Below, in pieces: positions 27,490-41,181 of a stretch of 64,000 bases of DNA. Position 1 is the stretch's first letter, and every line of letters begins with the position of its first letter. Below the pieces are notes generated by a model. The model did no database searches. It saw only the letters and a program-made list of their open reading frames with translations, and was not told the origin of the DNA. The translations under genes and the position numbers were made by a program. The stretch is taken from assembly GCA_013239625.1 (NCBI GenBank), contig MU053156.1, positions 374,467 through 438,466 of the forward strand, in the 5' to 3' direction. The stretch comes from Lama guanicoe. Taxonomy: Eukaryota.

Positions 27490-29120
27490 CAGGCCTGGTG
27501 ACAGTGCTTGCCTGCCCCCGGGCTTGGCGAGGACAGTGACCTGCTTACTCCTGACCTGTTTGTGGTCCTTGGTTTTAACAATTTGTTCCTGGCTCCCTGG
27601 ACCACTTCCTGCTCAGTTCTCAGCATTGTACTTAACGCTGATTCACATTCTCCCTCGCTCGGGGAGAGAGGTTTCTTATGGCTTCTAATAACCAGGCCAA
27701 CCTACTACCTCTAGTCAGAGGGGAAGAACAAGGGAAAATATTTGATCCCGGCTGCCAGTTCATAGTCTAGGGAACAAAGAAACACCAAAAGCAAAAAAAT
27801 AACAATGACATAAACACCAAAAAAACCCCCCCAAAAAAACAAAAAACAAAAAAGGAACCCAGAAAACAAGTGCCTTAAACAATAATAGATGTCAAGAGTG
27901 GTAAACTCTAGGTGAACTGGGGCTCTCCTGCCCGGTGCAGGCATGTCCAGAAGGCAAGAAGCTGGACAAGGATGAGCTGGCCTTCCATGCAGCAGTTGCC
28001 AAGGCCAAGAGGGCCCTGGGGGCAAATTGCAAACAAATCTATGTTTGGGGGAATATGTGCCTAAAAATGTAGGTGGGGTCAGCTTCCTAAGCCTTTTAAG
28101 CTACGCCGAGAAGTGTGGATCTCATCCTGTAGACAAAAGTCACCGTTACCTGCTGGTCTAATATAATGATCGTAGCTAGTGTTCCCTCACTGCTTGTTAC
28201 ATACCAGGAACTGTGCCAAGCATTTCAGTCACTTAGCCTCAGTCTCAGGTCGGTGTTTCGGATAGATGACACAGTCAGGAGAATATGGATTAAGGGGCAA
28301 AACTGGAGGAAGGAGAGTAGTTGCAATAGTTAGAACAGAGGGTATGGTGGCTGATTGTGAGGGTGGAAAGAAAGAGACAGACTTGAGAGAAATTAAAGAG
28401 GCAGAGTTGACAGGGTCTGGGATGACTACCAGACTGGCTTGGATGAATATTGCATGAAGCTTTCGTGGTCTGGGAGAGCATAAGAAGACTGAAGTGTTTC
28501 GCATGCACCCACTTGATTAAACACCCCTGTGGCACACTTTTGTTGAGTGAAAAGACATGTGGGTATGAATCCTGTATTCCACCATTTACTGGAGCTGTGG
28601 TATTGGACCATGGCTATCATTTACAGCTGAGGGCTTACGTAACCTTTCTAGGCATCAGTTTTCTCAACCACAACGTGAGGATAATCGTAGCCCAAGGGAG
28701 GATCGGAATGACTGAATGACGTGTGAGTGGTAATGATGAGGCAGAGTGCTGGACACATCGTGGGCCTTTACCGCACAGGGCCTGTTATCCCCACAGTGGA
28801 ATTTTCTCTCAACACCACCACCACCACCAACAACACGTCTGGTGATGTACATGCTGTAGTGTTTCATGTAGAAGGAAATAATGTTGCCAAGAATTAAAAA
28901 GTAGAGCCGAGTAAAGGTGTTCCCGGGAAACTCTGAGAAAAGAAGAAATTTTGATTTGTTGTCTTTAGTCATGTGGAGCTGACATTTTCCAAAATCACCT
29001 GTGTCCCACATTTTGGATGTGCCTTGCCTGGGCTTACTGCACAGCCTCATGCATAACCACTTAGGATCCACATGTATGCGGGCCAGCTTTATCTAGTTAA
29101 ACGTGTGGTTTTCATTGTAG

Positions 29121-29240
29121 GACCCTGAGTCAAATTTGATCCAACAGTCAGAACAAAGTGATCTTGGAATCATTTCCAAAACTTTCCAGTTATCTTCCCA
29201 TCCAATACTTGGTGACTGGTCCATTCAAGCTCAAGTAAAT
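29121..29240 (+). pseudogene. CD109: Isolated CD109 exon copy (alpha-2-macroglobulin family, N-terminal MG region)
   Basis: ttcattgtag|...|gtgagt encloses 120 nt reading DPESNLIQQSEQSDLGIISKTFQLSSHPILGDWSIQAQVN, against remembered human CD109 DPKSNLIQQWLSQQSDLGVISKTFQLSSHPILGDWSIQVQVN. Two codons are missing in frame. No other CD109 exon seen. Confidence 0.88.
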
Positions 29241-29776
29241 GTGAGTATAAATATATTTTCTGGGGGGAATGTTAATATGATTTAAATAGGTCGGGTGGGG
29301 GAAATATCTCCAAAGTCGTTTATTCAGTGAACAGAAAGACATTAATCTGAGCATCTAGACAATTCAAGTGGTTTATTTTTAATTTACTATTGCTATCAAT
29401 GGGTTAGCCTTTATTATAACATATGTGAGGTTTAATAGTCTTTTTATGTAATATAACATTTGAAGATTAAAACACTTCGCATTTTAGTATGAAACTGATT
29501 AAATGATGTTTATGGTACTTATTGCATACATTGAGTATTTTAAAACAGTAATAAATACGTAGCTATTATATGGCAAATTTTATGTCCCAGAATGATGATT
29601 TTTGATGAACAGTTGGGCTAACCTACTTTATCTTTACTTTAAAAACTCCAGTGACCTTAAACGGCCACATCAATCTCTGTTCCCTAGTCTTTCCTTCTCA
29701 GCTCCTTCACCATTTCCTTTGTTTGCTGCCAACTCCCCTAGCTCTGAGATCTAGCAAGGCAGGGGCACAAAAACGC

Positions 29777-30007
29777 CCCATCCATCCATCCACCCATTCA
29801 TTCACCCATTCACCCATCTATCTATCCATCCACCCACGCACCCATCCATCCACCCACCCATCCATCCAACCCACTCATTCACCCATCCATCCATCCACCT
29901 ACCCACCCATCCACCCAACCCACTCATTCATTCACCCATCTATCCACCCACTCACCCATCCATCATCCATCCATTCACCCACCCATCCATCCACCCTCCA
30001 TCCATCA
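29777..30007. repeat. (CCAT/CCAC)n compound microsatellite
   Basis: About 230 bp of ccatccatccacccattca-type repeats. Confidence 0.95.
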
Positions 30008-33000
30008 AGTATGTGTTGAGGACTTACAGTGCCATGACAGATACAAGGAGGCTAAACATGTGATCTCTGTCTTCAGAGATGTGGGAAGATGACTAATGTG
30101 ACAAAGATTAAGTTAAGCAAGGGTAACAGAAAAACATGAGGTTGTGCAATAGCAGAGGAATTGTGAGGTGCTGAATCCGTGAGGCTCATGAGGTTCCTCC
30201 AAGACTCAGGCCAGCTCGGGATAAAGAGGATGTGCTGTAAGCATGAGGGCCTGTGCTTTGGGGGCCAGAGGCTGTCCTTGTGGCCAGCTCCATTCCCCTA
30301 TCTCTTGTCCAACCTCTAAGGTGTTCTCTAGTCGCAGTCTAGACTGAGCACATTGGTTCAGCTGAATAACCTCCATCCTCAGAGTGCTGCAAGGAGCTCT
30401 GCACGGGTGTCTGGCCCCCCATGGATGGGTCACTGGGTCAGGTGTCCATGGTTGGTCCATTCAGAGTCCACCTCAGCTCCATGACCAGGCAGGACAGTCT
30501 CTCAGGCCCTGAGGGTGGCAGCCTTAGAGGGATTAATTTGTTCAGTGAGTGATACACAGACTATGTACCAGAGGAGAGAGGACAATAGTGGGGAAAGGCT
30601 GGAAGATGTGAGATTGTAGGTTGAAAGATTTATAGGATTTCTCATGTAGTAAGTTTTGGATTTGACCCATCATATTGCTTTAGTAGGAAAAAAGGAAGAT
30701 AAATGCTCTTAATGAAATTTGGGTGCTTGCAAAATTAAAAATCATTCACAAAAGCTGGTCCTTGCTCACCTCCTTGGTCTTGTTAAATGCCGCCCTTACC
30801 CTCGACCTCTGTGCTTTAGGCACAAATTATTCCGTTAGTTTCTTTTTTTTTTTTCCACTAGTTTTTTAAACCCACTCATCTGTCTGATCCCAGAGCCTTC
30901 CCCCGTGCTGTTCCCTCTGCCTGGAATGTTGTTTGTCTGCTTGCTGTCCTCCTTCAGGCGTTGTCCGAGGTGGCCCAGCCCCACAGGCATCTCCCCCGCC
31001 TTCTGTGCTTCTCTTGGTCCGTGCCTGTCACTGTTAGTTGACAGGGCCTGATAGTCTGTGTGAGGCCTGTTCTCCCTGTGTCTTTGGGACCTAGTAGCCC
31101 AGGACTCTGCACACATGTACACGTCAGTATGTAGTAAATGAGTGTATGAAAGCTATATAATCGTCACTTGTCTTGAACTAAACATGATGTCCCCTTTTCC
31201 ACATTCTGTAAATGTCTTTATCCTTTGTGAAGACAGGCACATCGGTCAGGAACTTACTAGTGGTGATGTCATGTTTTTTCCTTCTAGCTTTACTGAGATA
31301 TAATTGACAAAATTGTACGACATTTAAAGTGTGCAATGTGATGATTTAATACACATGTGCATTGTGAAAGGGTTTCTTCCAGGGGATATAATGTTAAGGC
31401 ACACAACGAAGGGAAAATAAGCTTCTTTGTTTAAAAAAAAAAAAAAGGAGTCCTTCAGTGGCCATCAGGGGTCAGTATAGTCCAAGAAATGAGGGGCCTG
31501 GACCCAGCCCTGAGCTCTGGTTTTTTCGTCTTTCCTTGATTCCTGCACAGCATTCAAGAATGATACACACACACACACACACAAATAAATAATATATGTG
31601 TATGTATGTATATATATAAAATTACACTTCTCTTTTAGCAACTAATAATGACTATGGAGGAAGTATATTAATTATTTAAGTAGTCACCATTATAGCCCAT
31701 ATTTTAATTTCCCCAAGGCAGTGACAGTATAAATCTTAGGAAGGGGAAATATTTATTTTCAGGAGAGTGTTTTGAAATCCCAGTTTGTCTCTAGAAAAAA
31801 TATGGAATGATCCTAGTATTACTACTGAAGGACAATGTATTAAAAAAAAAATACAGAACATACCAGAGCTTTGTTTTGTGGTTACAGTGCAGATAATCAG
31901 ACTGGCATTTTTTCATTCCCCATCCACTAGATCGGGAGAAGACTCCTTTAGGTAAAACACACTTGATTGTCCCCTTGGTATTTCTGTAACTGTAACTGTT
32001 TATAGAATAAGAGCAAATGAAATCTTTTAATATACTGTTAACCTTTCTGGGTTACTTACATTGCTTTTGAATTTCAAGTATTGTTTTTCACCTTTAGGCT
32101 TTTTAATGACAAGTAATTATTTTGATTGAGTACGATTTCTAGGTTTTTATTTTTCTTTTAATCCCCTCTATTTTGCAGTGTATGATGGTGGAGCAGATAA
32201 GACCTGCCCTAAGGGATGCAAGACACAGAACCTCCTAGCCCAGGGCAAGCCCCACCGCCAGCTGGGAGTCCTGCTACTGGACCCACTACAGCCACCCATC
32301 CCCTGGGGTAAGTCACCAGGCTGAAGGGGGGAAGGCAGGAGGCCCTTCAGAGAGTCCACCCAAGGTGGGAGGCCTCAGCAATAGAAGAAGGCAGGGAAGC
32401 AAGCCACACACAACCTGGCCTCATCCCCAAGTCCTGAAGGAGCATCCTCTGGAGATGCTGCTGGCCCCTGCCAGCCTGGACCAGTATGTTCTGCTCTGGG
32501 AAAGGTAGGGGGAGGCAACCATGATCTGCCAATACGGAGTGTCCTCCGGGAGGTCAGAGGCTGTGATTATTTGGTGGGCTCCCAACACCCCCAGGAGGCC
32601 GTCACTGCCTCTGAGTCAGTGAGGAGGTGTAAGCTCCCTCTTACTGCACATGGTACCCAATTCCCACTACACTTAGCACTTCAGGTAGACCTGGGCCCCA
32701 CCCCATGTCCCCAAGGCCTCTTGCATATAACCACAGCTTTTCCCCCAGGAGCATGATGTAGTTTTAAAAAAAAGCACTAGACCAGAAATTTGGGGACCTG
32801 AATTATTTTCCTATGCAGTAACAACCTCTGTGACTCTGAGTGGGCCACTTACCTCCACTTCCTCATCTATCATGATATCTGTGGTTGTGAATATCAAACA
32901 AGAAATGAAAGCAACCCCCAAACTAGGCAGCATTCCAGAAAGGTCTGAGACGGTTAAGGATACCATCAGTAGCCACTTTAAATCGTAGGAGATCAGGGGC

Positions 33001-34013
33001 AATGGACAGAGCACCCCAAACCTGAGAAAACCTAAGCCACTGCTATGAAACAGGTTACACAGGAAGGACCTGCTGGGGACAGAGGAAAACCTCAGCCTGG
33101 GCAGAAACCACGTCCAGGTTTTCAAACTTCCTGTCTGGAGTTTCTGTTTATGAGGCAGGCTGCTGTCGGCACCCGGGCAAGCCAGCTTGTGTGTTCCATG
33201 TTAGGTGTCACCGCCAGAGCACAGCAACAGGGCGGTTCCACGCAGGTCAGAGGTCTCTACTGCCCATGAAGTGATGACGCCTTTGGCAGAGATTGGCCAC
33301 ATGCCTCTCCTCCTGGTTTCATCTCCAAGTATGTTTTTACTTGGAGGGGAGGGAGCTTCTGGATGGTAGATTGATATATTTAAGTGACAGCCATTGTGCA
33401 GAATTTTTAGAAATCACGCATGTGGCCATTTTATCCACCTAAACTCGGCCTCAGAATATTCCTGCGAGAAGCAGAAGGGAAGAGAGGTGTTGGGTGGAAA
33501 GAGCTTTATGGCCCAGCAGGAACACAGGGTACCTGGAAGCAGAGGGCACCTGGCTGAAGACTGAAGGATCTCTGATGATCAGTCACAGTGGAGCTGAGAG
33601 CTGAGCTCACAGTCAGGAAGCCCCAGCTGGGCTGTACCCCCAGGCCAGCAGGGCACCCTCATCTTTCTAGGAGAAAGAAAGGAGAGGGTGAGAGGGTGAA
33701 GAAGAGGCCTGGTTTTTCCCAGTGTTAGGATCTCCATCCTGAATCCCAGAAAAGGAATCATGAAGGTGTTTTAAGAGCATTCTCCCCGCAGCCCAGAGAA
33801 GCCCCATGTCCTGCTCACTTCCTCTTCGCCCAGAGGCCCATCCTGCAAGGTCGGGTGAGAACACACTCTTACCAGCTCCTGCAGTGGTAGGAACCAACTG
33901 TATACAGAGCAAGACCTCATTTCTGCCAGGGACACGGGAAGAAAACTGGGCTGACTCAGTGCATCAGAATGTAAGTGGGTGGGAGGAGGGGGCTGGATGA
34001 ATACAGCTTCTGA

Positions 34014-34229
<216 letters not shown>

Positions 34230-34838
34230 TAATAGCTCCACTAGCTTTATTTACAAAATAATTTGGAATACAGGGTCTTTTTTAGCTACAGGTGTTAACA
34301 TTTATAGTATGTATACTGAATACAATCTCAGGCCCTGTTACCGTGGAAACAACTCCAAAGCCAAGGCTGGGGCTAGTGAAAGGTGGTGCCCACAGAAAGG
34401 GCACTCTGTCTCCCAGCCCCTCCTCTACCCTGGAAGGAACACCGCCCCATTAGGAAGTGCCTGGGAGTGGGTGGTAGACACCCTCATCTTTCTAGGAGAA
34501 AGAAAGGAGAGGGTGAGAGGGTGAAGAAGAGGCCTGGTTTTTCCCAGTGTTAGGATCTCCATCCTGAATCCCAGAAAAGGAATCATGAAGGTGTTTTAAG
34601 AGCATTCTCCCCGCAGCCCAGAGAAGCCCCATGTCCTGCTCACTTCCTCTTCGCCCAGAGGCCCATCCTGCAAGGTCGGGTGAGAACACACTCTTACCAG
34701 CTCCTGCAGTGGTAGGAACCAACTGTATACAGAGCAAGACCTCATTTCTGCCAGGGACACGGGAAGAAAACTGGGCTGACTCAGTGCATCAGAATGTAAG
34801 TGGGTGGGAGGAGGGGGCTGGATGAATACAGCTTCTGA

Positions 34839-35054
<216 letters not shown>

Positions 35055-35120
35055 TAATAGCTCCACTAGCTTTATTTACAAAATAATTTGGAATACAGGG
35101 TCTTTTTTAGCTACAGGTGT

Positions 35121-36477
35121 TAACATTTATAGTATGTATACTGAATACAATCTCAGGCCCTGTTACCATGGAAACAACTCCAAAGCCAAGGCCGGGGCTA
35201 GTGAAAGGTGGTGCCCACAGAAAGGGCACTCTGTCTCCCAGCCCCTCCTCTACCCTGGAAGGAACACCGCCCCATTAGGAAGTGCCTGGGAGTGGGTGGT
35301 AGGCTCAGAGCCCACGGAAGATGAAAGCCTGGGGCGAGTGAAGTGATGGTGGGGGCTGACTGCCTGCGGAGGCAGAGGTGCTACTGGGATGGGTGGAAGG
35401 AGGAAGGAGACCCAGTACCCAGCAGGGGAGCTGGGTGAGTGCACCTGGGCAGGGGAGGCAGTAGGCCACAGGCCCTGAGCACCCCAGAACCTCCAGTTCT
35501 ACGATCAGGGCAAATGAGGTCAGGTCTTGTTTGACAGCCAGCAAGGGTGTTCACTGGTGCTGGTGGCCACATGGCCTGCTATGTACACGTTGGGGTCTTC
35601 CACACTCAGCCTGGTGCAGCTTCTCAGTGGGGCTGTGGCTACATATGGGGAGCAGGTGATGGCGAAGCTGGTCCTTCTGCTTTTCCTCCGGGACATCCGT
35701 TGCCTCCCGCTGCTGCAGCCCTGCCAGGGATGCCCTCCGCTGACATTGTAGGTGCAGTTTTACATATTGGAGGTTCAGGCACTCCCTGTGTGAAAATATA
35801 ACATTTATAGTATGTATACTGAATACAATCTCAGGCCCTGTTACCATGGAAACAACTCCAAAGCCAAGGCCGGGGCTAGTGAAAGGTGGTGCCCACAGAA
35901 AGGGCACTCTGTCTCCCAGCCCCTCCTCTACCCTGGAAGGAACACCGCCCCATTAGGAAGTGCCTGGGAGTGGGTGGTAGGCTCAGAGCCCACGGAAGAT
36001 GAAAGCCTGGGGGGAGTGAAGTGATGGTGGGGGCTGACTGCCTGCGGAGGCAGAGGTGCTACTGGGATGGGTGGAAGGAGGAAGGAGACCCAGTACCCAG
36101 CAGGGGAGCTGGGTGAGTGCACCTGGGCAGGGGAGGCAGTAGGCCACAGGCCCTGAGCACCCCAGAACCTCCAGTTCTACGATCAGGGCAAATGAGGTCA
36201 GGTCTTGTTTGACAGCCAGCAAGGGTGTTCACTGGTGCTGGTGGCCACATGGCCTGCTATGTACACGTTGGGGTCTTCCACACTCAGCCTGGTGCAGCTT
36301 CTCAGTGGGGCTGTGGCTACATATGGGGAGCAGGTGATGGCGAAGCTGGTCCTTCTGCTTTTCCTCCGGGACATCCGTTGCCTCCCGCTGCTGCAGCCCT
36401 GCCAGGGATGCCCTCCGCTGACATTGTAGGTGCAGTTTTACATATTGGAGGTTCAGGCACTCCCTGTGTGAAAATAT
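35121..36477. repeat. Tandem duplication, 678-bp period, overlapping the 825-bp duplication
   Basis: 35121-35798 repeated from 35799. ORFs repeat with a 678 offset. One substitution seen. Confidence 0.95.
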
Positions 36478-38039
36478 TTGGAAAAAACTTAATTGTCTGA
36501 GATTTCACTTTAAATGAGATTGCCATCAAAGCATTAAAAGGTACAGCTTTCTTTTATTTATTTATGGCAGCTATTTATGAAAACATTGCTTTTGTTGCAA
36601 ACAAAAAATTTTTTCAAGTATTTTTCCCTACTCGAATTTCTTTCTGATTAGCATAAAAATAGAAGAAAGCAAAACTTGCCTTGGAAATAGACTTTGTCTT
36701 AATACTCAGACAAAAACATCTGACAATATAATCAAAATCTTGCTGCTGTGGATAAGTTCCTGTTTTATTTAAAAAATGATTTATATAAAAGTGATTTCTC
36801 TGTCATTGCCCAAGGCTTAAGAGGGAAAAAAGAAACAGACTGGAGAAAGCGGTTGAAATATGCGGGCCAGTTTGGAAATTGGATAATTGGAAATTACCAA
36901 GAGGAGGTTTCTGTTTTTGTTTTCCTTCTCCTTCTGTTTATGTAGGTGGGCAAGCTACTCTTCAGTTGTCAGGGATAATCATTCTCATTTTGGGAAAGAG
37001 GGAGTGAATTGTAAACTTGGGAGAGATCAGTTTTATGAGGACTCTGAGGGAATCACACTGGTGGTGAACAGGTGATGATTAAGTGGGAAGTAGGAGAGAA
37101 GAACAGATAATTAACTGGCCCAGTGTCCTATTCTGGCAGAAACAGCCACTGAGATAAGAGTCTAGACTTGGCTTTCAAATCTAGGATGTCTTGATGGGAA
37201 GTAAGGAATGCATAGATAATAAAATCAAGTTGCTTCTGAATTGACTAGCCCCTGTTCTACCGCTGTTTACCCAGGACAATGAAATGCAGTTTTGTTAAGT
37301 AACTTTTCTCTCTCACACTTTTCTTTCTTTGTGCAAATCCTCAAATGAGAAAAGGAACTGGCCATGTGGGTAAGAAATGAAACTGCAGTGGTCGGTTGTC
37401 TCCTGCATGAGTTCTCAGCTAGAATTGTGCTGGTGAACCACAATCACCTGGGAGAATTTACAAAAAATTTACAAGCCTAGGCTCTACCCTCAAGATTGTG
37501 ATTGAATAAATCTGGTAAGGCCTGGACCACGGATATTTAGAAATAGTTCCTTGAGATTCTGATACAACCCTTGGTTAAGAACTATTGAATAGATAGGTGT
37601 AATACCTGTAAATTCACAGATCTCATAAAAAGCCCTCTCTTTAGAAGAGTGGGAGTTTGACAGATGCTATTTCCTTCAGTGCTCTCCTTTCCAGCCACAT
37701 AAGCCTGACTTTAATCCGTCTCTACTTCTGTGCTTGACAAGTTAAAAGAAATATTATTGGCAGTATCTGTGGGCTTGAAGAATAACTCCTTTTTCCTAGC
37801 AACCACTGATCATTCGGTGACACTCAGTCTTAGAAATTTGCTTATGGTGAACGATTTAATACGTAGAGCCCTTTAAGGATTTTACACCTTTTGTTACCAT
37901 CCAAGTCACTAGGCCAACAGGGTTTTCCTGACTGTGATCATAGTAAATCATGACCTTTCTTTTGGTTAAAGCTATGTGGCAGACTCTTGGAATATATCTG
38001 TTAGATTCACTGAGTGCTGGCATAATCAAAATGCAGTTT

Positions 38040-38555
38040 TATTATTTTTATTGCAGTATAGTTGATTTAGTGTTGTGTTTATTTCTGGGGTACAGCAAAG
38101 TGGTTCAGTTTTATATATGTATATATATATACACACACACACACGCACGCATAAACACATACTTTTTCATAATCTTTTCCATTTTGGTTTATTACAGGAT
38201 ATTGAGTATATTTCCCTATACTACACAGTAGGACTTTGTTCTTTATCTATTTTATATATAGTAGTTGGTATCTGCGAATCCCAAAGTGGTCATTTTTCCC
38301 CCCACCACCCCCTTTCCCCTTTGGTAACCATCAGTTGGTTTTCAATGTCTATGAGTCTGCTTCTGTTTTGTAAATAAGTTAATTTGTATCATATTTTAGA
38401 GTCCATATATTAAGTGGTATCACATGGGATTTATCTTTCTCTTTCTGATTTACCTCATTCAGTGTGATCATCTCTAGGTCCATTCATGTTGCTGCAGATG
38501 GCATTATTTCATTCTTTTTTAATGACTGAATAGTATTCTATTATATATAAGTATA
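38040..38555 (-). mobile_element. LINE-1 3' end fragment
   Basis: cccctttggtaaccatcagttgg...tctctaggtccattcatgttgctgcagatggcattatttcattctttt. Confidence 0.85.
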
Positions 38556-39810
38556 CCGTGCAAGATGGCAGTTTCAGACATCCAAACCCATGAAGTTAGT
38601 AACAGATGAGAATTGTTTTAATAATTTAGTTTCAGCCATCTTACGAACTAATTGTCCATTTGATTAAAAATAAGAGAAATTGTGATACAGACAGATTGTA
38701 GTTTTAGTAGGCGTTGGAAATCCAATTCTTGAAGTGGGTATTATGGGTCTTAATAGCAACTTTTATGACATGTTGGGGCCCAGTTTATTTTCTGTAAAAA
38801 CGTATGATACTAAAGAAAGGAAAGGTTTTACGTCCAAATATTTGCTTTATACCCAACTGTTTGGAAACACAGCAAACAGAAAAATACAGGTGGGCTGTAG
38901 ACTAAACGTGGTCCCTGCATATGTTCAGTTTGCCTCCACATATTGAATCAACATTGAAAATTTAGGAGACTCGTGCAGAAATGTGCATTTCAGACTTCTC
39001 CTAAAGAAACAAATCTGGTCCCCTTTGAGCCCAGGCTGCTGTGAGGTCTGCTGTGCAGAGGCGGCCCCTTCTCAGTGGGGCGTGTGTTCTCCGGTTTGCT
39101 GTCCTCACCTGGGACCTTCAGTTACACGGGTCACCTACTTTGCCTCTGTAAGCATTTGACTTTACAATTCCTGTTATATAGTATATTTTGATAATTATTT
39201 TCAAGATTTGAAAGACAGTTGATATTAATTTATGATCTATTTCATATTTTATAATAATCTCTTAAGAATGGGACTGAATTTTTCAAATTAGAATTTATAA
39301 GTTGCTTTTTAAAAAAAACTTTTTCTTTACATGTACATGCAAATAATCATACTCCCATTGGAATGTCTGTAAACCTGATGAGGTTGGTCATGGTTGTAGT
39401 TGGATAGGTTATGCATATTGCAGACAGTGTATCATTCCCCTAAGTCTGGTTCCTTAAAAATGCAGTTGACTTAGTAGCTAAATGGTTCTCTGTGGAGCTG
39501 TGTTGAGAGTTTTGAGAGTAATAGTAGAGCAAAAAGGTAAGTACAGGAATGCCTGGTAGACACTGATAGAAGGGAAGCTTCTTGGAGCCAGTAAACGTTT
39601 GAAGTGAGTTTTAGAGAATGACTTCACAGTGAATCTTTTGAAGAGGTCAAGGAGGAACGTTAAAGAGTAGGAGCCCAGAGGGGTGAGGGTGAGAGGCCAC
39701 TCTTTATTTACTGCATATGATATGCGTAAGTTCAGAGACTGTTACAAGTATTACACTCAGTTTTGAAATATGTAGTTTTGTACATTATAAGCTGTTTTTG
39801 CTGTTTACAG

Positions 39811-39917
39811 GATGACCTTACACCACTGTTACTTGCTGTAAGTGAAAACAAAGAGCAAATGGCAGAATTTCTAGTAAAGAAAGAGGCAAATATACATGCA
39901 GTTGATAAGTGGAAAAG
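39811..39917 (+). pseudogene. ANKRD26 exon-4-like ankyrin exon (107 nt, open)
   Basis: tttacag|DDLTPLLLAVSENKEQMAEFLVKKEANIHAVDKWK-ag|gtcagt. Confidence 0.92.
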
Positions 39918-40114
39918 GTCAGTAGTATGTTCTTTTTTTTTTAACCTTAGTGTTGTTTTAGAGTAGTAACAGCCACAATGGAGGAAGTATGAAAAAGGAA
40001 CAGCTGTCAGGTTGGGGGCCAGTAATATCTGCTGCAGGGATTCACTGGAGAATTCTGAGCAGACGAGAAGGAGGATTAGATTTGAGTAGTAGGGCTCTCT
40101 GGTTATGACATAAA

Positions 40115-40320
40115 GCAGGGATCTACAAGCTTTTCCTGTGGAGGGTCAGAGAGCCCATATTTGAGGTCATGTGGTGTCTGTCCTGTCACCTCAGCTGTGC
40201 CATTGCAGCGTGAAAGCAGCTGTAGATAGCAACCGGACAACTGTGCTCTGGTAACACTACATCTACAGAACCAGATGGCAGGGTGGGTCTGTCCTGTGGG
40301 CTGTAGTTTGCCAACCCCTC
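40115..40320. mobile_element. MER58A-like hAT-Charlie MITE
   Basis: cagggatctacaagcttttcctgtggagggtcaga...gccattgcagcgtgaaagcagc...tgggctgtagtttgccaacccct. Confidence 0.7.
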
Positions 40321-41110
40321 ATATAAAGGATGGCAGGCCAGAAATACCGTGCTATTTAAGCGTGACAGTGTCAGTTTATGGTACTGATTCTACTGATGAT
40401 GTCATTTGTTTTTCTCAGGCTCATAGAGTTTGGTTAGGACTGTGGTCCTTGTAAATAGCCATTCACTTGGAGGAATCAAATTTTGAAACATAGCATTCAT
40501 TTTTTTCACGTTTGTTAAATACAAAGGAGGGGAAATGGTTCTTACGCATTAATTGCCTACCGGTAGTATACTCAGTATTCACTCTAGGGTAGTCGCCAGG
40601 TGTGTTCCCAAAGGAATGCTTTTGAAAAAAGCATCAGTCTTATACTTTTAGTATTCTCTATTTTTCTATTGCTGATTTAAAATTTTTTTTTCTTTCAGAG
40701 TGAATAGGAGTTCTGAAAGATGATGCTTTAAGCAGGTAGGATTTTATGCATTTTAAAAAATTATATGTTGACTAAGGGAAAACAGAGAAAAGAAACTTAA
40801 CATTTGTTGACTGTTCTGCTCTGGGTTAGACACTGTGTTACGTGCTTCACATCCGTTACTTCACACAGTCATCACAACAGCTGTGCAAAGCAGCTGTGCT
40901 GTTACAGCTGACTTTTCATTCATTAGGCAACTCTGGTTCAGGGGGGTTGAGTGACTGACCCGTGGTTCCATAGGTCACAGGTAGCTGACCTGTGACTTGA
41001 CCATCAGACAGCCTGGCTCCCAAAACTGCTTTCTTGTCCCTCAGCAGAGATTTTTTGTTTGTTTAAAGAAATGAAATGACTCTTTTTTTGTTGTGTATTT
41101 TTGTTCTAAG

Positions 41111-41181
41111 GGCTTCCCAGCAAACCTGATCTTGATGACTCGTGGCCTTCATCAGATGAAGACTCAGATTTTGAGTCCAAG
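41111..41181 (+). pseudogene. ANKRD26-like exon
   Basis: LPSKPDLDDSWPSSDEDSDFESK|gtaaag, against remembered LSGKPGVDDSWPTSDDEDLNFDTK. Confidence 0.85.

Noticed and set aside
29651..30019. His/Pro-rich 122-aa ORF
   Set aside because: Translation of the (CCAT)n microsatellite.
35305..35907. Minus-strand ORFs in the 678-bp unit as a retrocopied gene
   Set aside because: No protein I recognise. Part of the frame lies in ANKRD-like intron.
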